Source: Squalus acanthias (lineage: Eukaryota). Taken from it: 64,000 bases of DNA. Shown here one piece after another: positions 1-12,500 of the stretch (its first letter is position 1; each line of letters begins with the position of its first letter). Location of the stretch: positions 186,001 to 250,000 of the forward strand of contig JASTWF010000067.1 of assembly GCA_030390025.1 (NCBI GenBank). Reading direction: 5' to 3'. The position numbers were made by a program, and so were the translations under genes. The notes under the pieces are model-generated. The model was not told where the DNA came from and made no database searches. It saw only the letters and a list, made by a program, of their open reading frames with translations.

Positions 1-1289
1 AACACAAACGGGCACAAAATGATGATTTTTTTTTTTCCACAGTGCGGCCGAACCCACACGAGCGCGTGACTGCCGTGGCCAGGGTTTTTAAAACCAAAGG
101 TTGGGGCCAGGAGTCAATGCCACACCCTGCAGTGTAACCAACTCTCGCAGCAACCGAGGCGTTTGTCCTACGCTCATCTTCCCAGAACCCTCAGATGGTC
201 TCCAATCCCGGTGATTTCAGTGCTGTCACTAGGATTGCAGCAGATAGCAATTCTGGGAGCATGGAATTTTCATAAAGCCACACTGTAGTTCCCCCACCAG
301 GACTTCAGTGCAAGTATAGATTCTTGCCCTTCCAAATTTGGGTTGGGTCTGGAGAAAGGACCATTGAGCTGTGTAACACTTGGGTGAAGTCCTGGTGGAA
401 ACGCATCTGTCATGGTTGGTGGGAGCGTTTTGAGGGGATGAATCAAGAGCCACCGCACATCAAAACGAGAACGTACAGGTAGGAATAAACCAGCCTAGTG
501 GCAGCACTAAACTTTTCCATCTGGAAGACCACTCTTTAGAGACAGCAACCCAACCAGGCTACACACAAGCCATTTTATTTTTTAGATTTTTTTTCCCAAA
601 ACCACAACACAAACGCTTGTTGAGGGAAAGGACAGCAGTAAAGAACACCTTCAGTGGATCAGAGTTCATGCAGTGATTCTTGTTCCACCACCCCCCGCCC
701 CATTTGAAAGAGAAAAATTGTGCGTTATCCCAAATTTGGAAAAGTCCATCCCCCCTGCCTCTCAAAAAACTCAACTGAATGCGGACTCCAAAGAACAGTG
801 TCAACCACGGCAGAGAGATGGTGAGAGTGGGTGGGGGTGAGGAAGCAGATGAATATTTGAGTGCACACCCAACCAGTTCGACACACACTATTATCCTGTG
901 GGCTTGGCTGCGATAGCGCCAGATTCATGTCTTCCCATCCAATGATTACAGCCTTCCGGGGGGCGGGGGGGGGGAGGGGAGAGAGTAGACCACTTTCCTA
1001 CCCCTACAACACCCCCCAGCAATATGGATAAATTCAAACACATGGTGCACTGCCAATGGACCGGTGATACAACCCCCCACTCGTGTCTTAGTGCTCTCTG
1101 AACAGATTATGTTGCAAATTCCGTGTGCACGTTCCCCAGAACAAGTGATCAAGGCAGTGCCGATCCGGCATCGAGCACACACACACAGTTAAAAGAAGCG
1201 CACTCTGTTCAAAAACTACATTCACAAGAGCAGCTCCCTCCTATCGTACCACATCCCCTTCAATTAAAGCTGCAGTATCTTCCTCCTGT

Positions 1290-3134
1290 CCAAACAGTTT
1301 TTTATATATAATTTTTATTAAAAAAAACAACCCGCACTTTATCTACTCAGGTGAATTTACAAAGTGGGATGGTTTGTAGAGATAGCTCCAATCTTTATTT
1401 ATTTAAAAAAAAACTTCTAACGCACACAAAATAAATAAAAAGAAACACACAACACGAGCAGTAATCCCAAATCAGGCACAATGCACTTTAGGAGGGAAGG
1501 GGAGATACAGCCACTTTATTCTGCTTCCTGACACAGGCTGCTCCCTGCATCTACCATGGAAACTTAAACCAAGTACAGAGGTGCACCATAGGTAGATAGG
1601 GAGGAGGGGGAGCAGAGGGCAGCAGCAAGTCGTTGCTGCTCTCTTTAAGGCAAGGAACGCAGTGCAAGGAGGGCCCGCAACTTGGCCCACAGTTCTCGGT
1701 CCAAAGCTTCTCGTGCAGAGGATCCCTAGTAGATACAGAGCCTCGTTCACCCCCTTCATAGACTAGCTTATTCCTATTTGAACAGCTTTCCACAGAATGG
1801 GAGCTGGATGTAAATCCATCCTGCGGAGTGGTTTTTTGGTGGGGCGGGGGTGGAAACTTCAGGGAGTTGCAAGCAGGGATTTTGGTCAGCAGCATTCTGA
1901 GATGCACTCACTGAGTTGGGAGAAGTACACTTGAGTTTTGTTCCAGGTAATACTGAACTGGTATTTACATTTACGCTCTGATTCAATTACATTACAACTA
2001 GTTAGCGCTAAGAGTGGTGCTCAATAACTTCCAAACCACTCCCACCCCCATGTTCTGCCCTCCTGTCCTGCAAGCGCCGACTCTCGCTCGGGTCTTTCGT
2101 CAGCAACCCAAACATCCATTCATCACGTGCGATTCTAGACAGCACAGGCTGCTGGACTCGAGGTGGGGGTTGGGGGGAGTCACAGCCGGGCCCGATCCGA
2201 ACCCAACACGCACGAGCTTTGGACTAGGAGCCACTGGGCAGCGATCAAGAGCAGATAACCTTGGCCGATTCTTCTCGCCTCAAGTCCAGGGGGTATTTGA
2301 AGCACCTCTACTACTGCCCCAGGCTGAGTTCGGCCAAGTCAGTGGACGCCAGAGATTGCAACCCGGGATAGTCCTGCTCCATATGGCTCACTATGCCAGA
2401 CGGTGTATTTATCCATTTTAACACTCACTAGACAAAGAGCACCATCGTTATAGCTACCCTGGCCAGGCACAAGCTGACCAAACATAGCTAGAGTTCCATT
2501 CCTCCCATGGACAGCTGTCTTGTGAAATAAACACTGTGTCCCCCCCGCCCCGCCTCGCTGAACACTAACCTTTGGGTCACCTCGTTTCTCAAAGCTTTAA
2601 GACAAGATGTGGTTCGATACGAGAAAGCGACTTGCAAAAAACAAAAAAAACACATGCATTATTTAATGGGAGCCACTCCTCCTGCATCCAAATATAAAGC
2701 AGCCAATTTCCAAAGAGATGCACCTCAGTATTACCACTCTGGATCTATGTCTAAAGGGAACAGAAGTTTAAAAAAAACACACATTTAACAGACCAAGTAC
2801 AACTATCCCCTTTTTTTTTTAAAAAACAAAAACAAACACACAAAACTGAAATGGTCCCATGTGACCAGCGGTAATTAGCGTACTGCCGTTGCAGTGCTGT
2901 CAAGTCACCTGTCCTCGGTGGGGGTGGGGGTTTGCTGCTGTCTTGTAACCTTCTGAAGAACACGAAGCAAAATGGAGGCCACACTCTTTCTTCCCCCTTC
3001 CTTCCCTTTTCCGGTTCCTCCGCCGCTGCCCGCTTCTGGGTCCGTCGCGGCGCGCGTGGCTGCCAAGACAGCGTGGCTTCTGCTTTAGTGCCGCTGAGGT
3101 TGGATTCCTAGATTTAAGAGCTGCTTGGTAGAAA

Positions 3135-3172
<38 letters not shown>

Positions 3173-3915
3173 CGGGAGGGGAAATAGCTTCTTTTTTAAA
3201 ACACAAAACCAACAAAAAGCTGTCAACGCAGCAGTCCACTTGAACCACCCTGTCCAAGTACTTATTTATTATTTCTTTTTTTTTTACATTCCTTGTATAA
3301 AGCACCACGTAAACGCTGAAAATCCACACTGGCGCAGTGCTGTTGGGGTTAGTCCAATGTTGCTTGGTGCGTCGGGCGCAGCCCAAGCAAAAACTGAGTG
3401 AGTGGCCTCCTGACTTGTTTTTTTCCCCCTCGCTCTCTCGCCACCTCATCTTTTTTAGGGCCCTAAACTCTCAATCACATTTTCCAAACTATAGCACACT
3501 GAAAGTTCCAGTTCTGGATTCAGTCTCTGTAAGTGCATTTCTTCAGGTTCCACATCCTTTCAAAAAAAAAACAATTTTTTTTTTTTTAAAAAACAGTAAC
3601 AGTGTTTTGCAGATATATTTCCCCCAAAAAAAGGAACTTTTTTTTTTATTCAAGAAAACCTCCAGTTTCAGTCTATGTACAACGTCTAATAAAGTGCATG
3701 GTTATTTAAGGTGCTTCATCCAATGAAAAGCAGAAGTACCCAGAGGATTCACAAAACAAAAATTAAGTGAATTTCACACTTCTTGCCAGCACAGGGGGAG
3801 CGGAGATCCTGGATCCATCACTGTTGCCACCTGCCATGAAGCATGCCCCAGGTACGGCCGATTAGGAGTCAAAAGGCAGCTTTTAGGAATAATTTCTTGT
3901 TTTTTAAACCTTGTT
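1290..3915 (-). other. Probable long 3' UTR with several candidate poly(A) signals
   Basis: Apparently transposon-free, U-rich on the minus strand. AATAAA (minus) at 3645-3650, 3265-3270, 1515-1520, 1394-1403, 1314-1319 and 574-579. True end uncertain. Confidence 0.6.
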
Positions 3916-3983
3916 TTAAAAGTCATCCATTGTCTCTATTTCTCCCATATTCAGTCGCTCTGATGATGCGTTCACAGAAAAGC
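3916..3983 (-). CDS. GIGYF1: GIGYF last coding exon [22 protein letters not shown]
   Basis: aaacag|GC TTT TCT GTG AAC..GAC TTT TAA. Confidence 0.95.
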
Positions 3984-6470
3984 CTGTTTTGTTTAAAAGA
4001 AAGCAGAGGAATTAATTTCGATTTGAAAACAAAAGACAATTTTTTTCTTCCCCCCCCCCCTTTGAACGAGGTCCCAAGGCTCGTCAGCCCCGGAATTTGC
4101 GGTCAGCGGCGAAGCAAAGGCGCTGGGGCCCTGAAGAAAGCTGCCCACAAAGATCTCGCGATCTCGGTGGATGGAAGTTTGCCTTTTTCGACGCGCAAGC
4201 GAGATCAGTGCAGTATAGTGGGAATCCCCAGCGCAGAGCTGCGGTGACGTCAACGAGCTGTCCAAGCAGCCAATCACAGTGCAGAATTCTCAGACGGGGA
4301 AGCAGGAAGAAGCAGCTGCTTTTATTCAGACTTTTTAAAAATGTTGAGAGCAAAACAAAGACTGGGACTCTCACCTGGGGGAAAAGGTAAACCTGAAATA
4401 AATATGAACAAACTTTAAAAAAAATATTTTAACATTTTTAAATTGTAATTTTTTTATCATAATGGAGAAATTTGACACTCCAACAAAATTAAAATTAGTT
4501 TTTCAGGGCCAGAACGTTTGTTTAGCAGTCGATAGGCTATTAAAGCCCCAGTTACACCTAATCCAACAAGGCCCAACATTTAATGGGGTATTCAACAGCG
4601 TTATTACTGCGGAAAAGTTTGCGCCAGCTTCACTAATTTCCCCGATTACACGGATTGCCGGCTACAGGGGTGGGGGCTGGGGCCACAGTGCAGCCAATGC
4701 CGGAGCAGTGAAATACTGACCACAACTTCAGGACTTCCGCATACGGATGCACATGCGCTACATCCTGAAGTTGCGGTCGGTTTCAAAGGGGTAATGACAG
4801 CGAATGCTGTTAGTTCGCCATTATTACCCACCACAAATTCCGGGTCTCTGATACAATTCTGCTCAATCACTAGTTTAGTTACAAAATGACAATAGTATAG
4901 AGTAGTGGTTATGTTACTGGATTAGTAATCCGGAGGTCTGGATGATTAATCCAGAGAACGCAAGTTCAAATCCCAACATGGCAGTTTGAGAATTGAGGGG
5001 TTATAAAATCTGGTTCTCAGTGACCATGAAGCTGTCGACTGTGGTAAAAACACAAGGGGTTCAGCAATATCCTTCAGGGAAGGAAACCTGCCGTCCTTAC
5101 CCGGTCTGGTCTGTTTGTGACTCCAGTCCCCACACCAACCCAGTTGACTCTGAACAAACCTCTACAAAGGAATGAGCAGCACTGTGGCAGCACCTTCACT
5201 GCACAGACTGCAGTGGTTCAAGGAGGACCATTACCACCACCTTCTCTGGGCAACTGGGGATGGGCAATAAATGCCGCCCTTGCCAGCAATGCCCTGCGCC
5301 CGAGAATGAATTTTGTTTTTTAATTAATTTTTTTTTATTTTTTTTTTTTTTTTTAAGTACGACTGTTCGACCGTGGGGAGCGTCATAGCCAAGCCTGATC
5401 CTGTTCTCAACGTGCACTTTCTAGTAGGGGGAATCACTGGATAGTGATCCAGCTTGCCCCACCCTAGCCTAAGGGGTGCTGGCGCCAGTTGCGGCTGCGC
5501 TCCGCTAACTCAGCAAAGAATGGGGAACTTCAAGGCGTGAATCTGAGAGACGTGCAACAAGTACTTCAGTAACCAGACATAAGCTGGTCAAGAGTGCCGG
5601 AAAGCCAGTTAACGCCAACTGCACAAGAGAGATTGAAGTACTACTCGGGCTCCCCTCTGAACCCATCGCTCGCTCGCTCCTCCTCACTCGGAATGTTCCT
5701 CCACAGCTTCTTTGCTCCTTTGTCACAGCACTGCCTTGCTCGCGTTCGATGATCCCTTCACATTCAGCAAGTTTACCCGTGGCCAGTAGTCAAAACTGCT
5801 TCGCACTGGATGCTGATTCGGGTCTGAAGGACCAAATTGACCCCCCCCGCCCCGAGTGAATTAGAGCAAGGAGCCTTTTCCTCCAAGGAGTCTAGTGTTG
5901 CTTCATTTCAGGGTCACAGTGGACAGATCCCTGCGCTGGATTCAGCAGACTGCATTTACACCGTAGCTGCACCACTGACGTGAAGCGCAGCCGCTTCGTG
6001 ACACTACAGGCCAACTGCAAATGTAAACCAAGATTTCTGTCCCGTACAGGGATTGTGGAAAATAGTGGATTTGATTACTTCCTCCTCCTTGGGGAATGAT
6101 TCCACGAGCCACAGGCACCCACTCTGGTAACTCCACTGAGACTCTATAATAATGGAGAGAGAGTTAAGTGGAGCGGTGGGCTGTTCAACGGCGAGGAGGG
6201 GGGGTGGAGTTTAATATTGTCCACATGCATTCATACTTTCCAGGAGCGGTCACTGGATGCAAACAGTGAGAACTGCAACTGATTCTTCTCGCTCAGGCCA
6301 CTTGCTACCCCCTTGACTGTTGGCTCAGGCTGACGCAGGCCAACTCAACAGAGGCGAGGAATTGAACCTGGGACAATCTGGCCTTATCCGTTTTAGACCA
6401 GACATTTACCCACTCGGCCACCAGGGAGGCCAACCTCCTGTTCAAGCTTGCTCCCAAGACAAACAATTAA

Positions 6471-6520
<50 letters not shown>

Positions 6521-9500
6521 GCCTTCACAAAGAAACAAAGCCCTTAAGCGAACATTTCAAGAATGCGACCTGCACTGAGAGGCACTTCCCGGTCAAGATA
6601 CAAAAACCTTGCACAAAGCCCAATCTCCTCTACCTGGCACCAGTTATTCACTTAATTCTGTAACTTTGGGGAAGAGGAGGGTTTCATCGAATGAAGTTCT
6701 CCATTGCCTAACTGCCAAAAAGCCCTAAGTGGGTGAGTGCAAACCCAAAAGGGCGGAGAACTGAAGAGATCAGGAATTACACTGAGTGAGGCAGTGAGAA
6801 TTCACTCCTGCGGTTCAAGTCCCCCCGCTACGTTTTCAGTAATTGCATATAGTGCAACGCAATCAGAACGGATAGCGACTCTTACCCAGGATACTAGGAT
6901 CAGCCCGCACCATCTTTTGCTTCTTTTTCTTTTTCCCAGCTTGCGAGCTCTCGTAAGACGACTGCTGTGCACTGTTGTGATTAGCCTGGAATAGTGACTG
7001 TAGGCTGTTTGAACTGATCCCCCAGATGGAGTCCTGACACAAGAGAAGCCATCACACAATTAGTTTATCAAAATCCTTGGAGGAGCAATCTCACTCAGCC
7101 AGTCGTGCAGAAGCGATATTGCAACTGGCTTCAGCGTCCCTGGGCTGGGGGGGGGGGGGGGGGGGGGGCGGGGGGAGATGGGGAGGAAAATCAGTCACTG
7201 TTCCAACTCCTGATCCCTGCTGCAAGTGGATGATTTGGCGTGGACAGCGCAGGCTCGGCTTTGATGCCCCTCGCGTGGGCGCCCGAGTAAGGTTCGCAGA
7301 GAACAACCGGCACGTGTGGAACCACAACCCAGTACGAGTCGACGCCTTCAGCAAAGGAGGCAAAGAGGGATTTGGGGGGGCGGGGGGAAAGAGGAGAGAT
7401 AAAACTGCTACCCAATCCCAAATACACCGCTTGCAGTACTGCTCCACCCTGGACAGCAATAGCCCATGCTGGTTCCTTACTGAAACTTAGAGATAGTATC
7501 ATTTCGTGCAATTATGAGGCGACGTCTGCAGGATCAGATGGTTTGCCTATGCAATGGCCAGCTGGGAAGTGAAAGCACCAATCACTGGGTGCTGCCGATG
7601 TGGGAACCGTTCCATGAAAGCCCCCGCCGCCAAATAAGATTACAAGTTTGGAACCACTTTGAATGTAAACCACAGCGTTCAAAGTTGGGGTGGGACACGG
7701 AGAGAGGAAGTGGTTTTGTTTTTGAGGACTAATAGCATCATTAGTCACCGGAGCAACGAGAGCTCGATCCTCCAGACCGCTGTCAGGTTTACATTCTAAC
7801 CCGAGAAACTACTGCAGGCCGTGGCAAATGGCAGCTCTGGTTTCAGCAAGCCCCAAGCCGAGTTTGCGACGTTTTCCACCAAACTATAGGTTCAGGTGGA
7901 TCGTTGGATCTGTGGCAACACAACGCTTCGGCTGTTCCACGGGGCCATTCAGTGGCCGTTTGCCCTCATTCGCCATCCAACGCTCTGTTGCCCAAACCCG
8001 ACTCCACACCTTCAGCACCTGGATTTGGCAAAAACTCTCCTGGCCAGCCTTTCCACCACCACAAACCCCAGATAATCCCCAACTTTGTGGTCAGAATTCT
8101 GCCCCCTTCCTCACTCATCACTCCCACCACCACCACCTCCGTCCTCGCCAAGCTCAACTGACTCCCTGCACAATGCGCCCAACTTCAACATCCTAAACCC
8201 GGCACGTTCTCATCCCAATTCATCCCAACAATCTTCACCGGCCACATGTCACAGCCCGAATCCCGCTCTCCTCCCATTCGGGAATTACTGCTGCTCCCCA
8301 TTCTAATGTCGGGGCTCAATCCTTCAGTTATCACGGCTCCCGCTCTTTGGAACTCAAACCCAAAACTACACCATACCACCTTTGTCCTTTCCCTCAACCA
8401 TGCTTTTGGTTCCCGCCCTCTCGCTGCTTCCTTCCCACCTCCTCGCTCTCCCCCATCTTCCATAAAGTAACCCAAGATGTCATTCTGTGTGACAAGTTGT
8501 ATTTGCTTCAAGCATCGATGGCAATTTAAGTAAGATTTTGTAAACGACTGCTTTCCCACAGCCAATTCCCATATACAAGTGGGATAAAAACTTCCATCGA
8601 ACACAACTGCCCTACAATCCGGAACAGTCAGGAATAGCGTAAGTGCGTTAACCCACTACGGTCATTCACTAACTTCACTCCTCGCCCTAATTTCTTTCCC
8701 ACTGCCTCTTTGGGTTGTATGGTCCTAGGCACCATCTCTTCAATAACCAACCAACAGCCACCACCAGGCCCTTAAGAGCCAATGAAAAAACAATCCTGCG
8801 CCTGGTCTGGTGTAACTACGGCAGTAATGAGATAAGCTGAAGAAAAGTTCCATGCTAACCTGTAACCTGTCAGGCTGCAGAGCGAGGTTCCCAGTGAGGC
8901 CTAAAAGTTCCTTTGTTAACTAGGAAAGAAAGGGAAAACACCATAAATCCTTGAGGAATTGGATCCAAACACAATATGTCCACTGCATGTTACTGTGATA
9001 TGCTACTCCGAGATAGGACATACCTTTTTCCGGGCCAGGAAAGGCAGGGGAGGGGCAAAGAAAAGACAGGAAGGGGGAGATTTTTCCCTAGTTACACAGA
9101 GTAGCTGTCTCGTCCTCACAACCCACCCACCCACAAGATAAAGGGATTATTCAGGATCAGGCTAGTATATGACTGACGTTCACGAATGGTATAACTCACT
9201 GCCACACACAACTAGAAATGGCCAACAGGGAGCCCTTCACGATTGAGTCAGTGGTGAGTTGCCTTCATCAAACCCTACTTGAAGTTTGGTTATAGGGTTG
9301 AATCTGGGTCTAAAAGACCTGATTTGCATTGAGGACCATTCAACATTACTTCCTGCCTCTGACTCCCTCCTTGTGGCCAAGAGTTTTCCCTCTCTTCCCT
9401 AAACCCGCCCTATGGCCAAGAGGTAGATAAACTCAAACCGCTGTCTTCGTACTCTTGCATTTGGGCTTCAACACAGCCCGACAATTAAAAAAAAAAAAAT

Positions 9501-12500
9501 TCAGCCAGGGTCCCACTCCTGATTGCTAGCCAGCCGGTGACCCCTGCAAGAAAGTGCACGTGTGCAGACATTGCGCAAGGTCAGGAGCCCTCCATAGTCA
9601 AACAGCCGACTGACTCAAGATCTCAACTCTCCAGGTAGATTACCTACCTTGAAGGGTCTTCATTCTTCAAATGACATGCATCCTCTAGACATTGCAGGAG
9701 TGCGTTATAGCTAGATAGGTCTAGGGAAACCAAGTGTTGGGCATACACAAAGTGCCACATCTCAAACAGTCGATGCCACACACTGTCTCCTATCCCCACG
9801 TTGTATGAAACCCCAGGACTCCACTGCACCAGTTTTTTTTTCCCAAAACTGAAAGCTAAGCAAAGCAACAAAAAAAATACAAACATACGAAACGGACGGG
9901 CAGGAAATGACCAACTGGTCCATCAAGCCTGCCCCACATAACTAACCACTTAACAGCTATCCCCTCAAACCGCAGGGACAGAGAGGCAGAATTGTGCTGT
10001 GCCACTGAGATGCAAATCTTTCGAAGAATGAAAACATGGTAGATAATCCTCCTTAGTCATCGCTCATCTTCCACATATTGCAGGAGCATACAAAAGTCAC
10101 ACAGATTTAGAAAGGGCTTCCAAACGATGCACACAGGTACTACGCCATAAAAATAAAGGTGGGTTACTCAGCCCAGTGATGGGTTTTGTGTAACTGCACT
10201 AAGCCAGGGATCAGAGATACTTTTTGGGGGTCTTCTCTCAAGGTCCCCGAGAGGATGTTTTTCTTTTAAGTTCATTCTCGGGATTATGGGCGTCACTAGA
10301 ACGGCCAGCATTTATTGCCCATCATCAGGGTCAGCCGTGGCTCGCACTCTCGCCTCCGAGTCAGAAGGTTGTGGGTTCAAGTCCCACTCCAGAGATCTGA
10401 GCGCAAAAATCTAGGCTGACACTCCAGTGCAGTGCTGAGGGAGCGCTGCACGTCAGAGGTGCTGGTTTTCGGATGATACGTTAAACTGAGGCCCGATCTG
10501 CGCGCTCAGGTGGACATAAAAAATCCCATGGCACTATATGGAAGAGGAGCAGGGGAGTGCTCCCCGGTGTCCTGGCCAATATTTATCCCTCAATCAACAT
10601 CACTAAAAACAGATGATCTGGTCATTATCACATTGCTGTTTCTGGGAGCTTGTTGTACACAAAATTGGCGGCTGCGTTTCCCACATTTCAACAGTGACTA
10701 CACTCCAAAAAGTACTTCATTGGCTGGAAAGCGCTTTGGAACGTCCGGAGATTATGAAAGGCGCTATAGAAATGTGTCTTTCTTGATTCCTACTTGGCCT
10801 TAAAACGGTGGTGGGGGAACTTCTTGAACCGCTGCAGACCATGTGAAGGTATTCCATAAAGTGCTGTTAGGGAAGGAATTCCAGGATTTTGACCCAGCGA
10901 TGAAGGAACGGCGAGATATGTCTAAGTTGGGATAGTGTCTGTCTTGGAGGTGATGGTGCTCCCATGCGCCTGCTGCCCTTGTCCTTCTAGGTGGTAGAGG
11001 TCGCGGGTTGGGCGGTGCGCCGGTGGTGAGCGAGTGGATGTTTCAGGTGGTGAATGGGGTGCCAATCAAGCAGACTGCTTTGTTCTGGATGGTGTCTAGC
11101 TTCTTGAGTGTTGTTGCAGTTGCACCCATCCAGGCAACTGGAGAATATTCCTGACTTGTGCCTTATAGGTGATGGTAAGGCTTTGGGGAGTCAGGAGGTG
11201 AGTCACTAGCCTGTTCTAGTAGCCACTGCATTTATGTGGCTGGTCCAGTTGAGTTTCTGGTCAATGGCGACCCCCAGGATGTTGATGGTCGGATATTCGG
11301 CGATGGCAATGCTATTGAACGTCAAGGGAAGGTGCTTAAACTGCCTCTTATTGGAGATGGTCATTGCCTGGCATGAATGCGACTTGCCACTCATCAGCTC
11401 AAATCTGGATGTTATCCAGGTCTTGCTGCATGCGGGCACGGATTGCTTCATTATCTAAGGAGTTGAACACTGTGCAATCAGCCAGCATCCCCACTTTTGA
11501 CATTTTGATGGAGGGAAGGTCATTGATGAAGATAGTTAGGCCTAGGATGCTGCCCTGTGGAACTCCTGCAGCGATGTCCTGGGGCTGAGATGACTGGCCT
11601 CCAACAAACCACAGCCATCTTTCTCCATGCTAGGTATGACTCTAGCCAGTGGAGACTTTTCTCCCTGATCCTCATATCCACACTTTGTTTCAACTATCCC
11701 TCCAGGAGGCAAGCATTAGTACAATCTGAAGGGTGCCCAGTGCCAACCAGCACTGGGACTGCTTCAGTAGTATTGTCCCAGGTGATGCCAGTTCCTTCAA
11801 GCTGAAGGATGCTATGTTACTGGACCAAGTTACCTCCTCAAAGGGAATGGGTTTAATCTGCCTCGGTTTCATTGAGTACCACACGGAAAGTGAAATTCTG
11901 ATTTGTGCCTCGTTTGCCAATGCTAGCTGTTCTTCCCTGCGGCACTTGTGACCGTTTCCGAAGTATAGGATCGGTCAGTGGTGTTACTGTATGAGCTATT
12001 GCTTCCCTGTTCTATGCAGTCCTATATCAGCCTGGTATGAAGTTTTATGAATGTTCATCATCCCATGCCAACACCTTAGTTTCCCAAGAAAACAAAAGCA
12101 TTCAAGTCATGCTGGATAGACAACAGTTTTGATGCACTATCTGACCTACTCTTGTAGAGAGTGGCGACTTTGTCCCAAACTTTGGCAGCCAGAGCTCAGA
12201 CACGTGGAGCCAAGGGGAAAGAAACAATAGCACAGGCCCTGGGCTTCATGACGTTGTATAATGTGTGCAGTGAGCAGGTGGTCCCCCCCAGAAACTATCA
12301 AGCTGGGCTGCACTCCTGCAATGTGCAGAGGATGAGGAACCAAAGAAAATGGTCAGCTGAGCAAGGTATGGGCGGGCGAGTGAGCAGTGCCCCAACAATA
12401 GTCGAAGCAGGGAGGGAGAAAATGGGAAAAGAAAAAAATCCTCACGTCATGAAATGGTTTTGAGCCAGTATGAAAAAGGGGACATAAATCTATTAATCTA

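Noticed and set aside
5723-5823. Possible alternative last exon (ccttcag|..[16 protein letters not shown])
   Set aside because: Weak pyrimidine tract and no similarity to GIGYF C-termini; the conserved last exon is at 3916-3983.
6355-6425. tRNA gene-like A/B boxes (also near 39235 and 62270)
   Set aside because: No cloverleaf; heads of decayed tRNA-derived SINEs.
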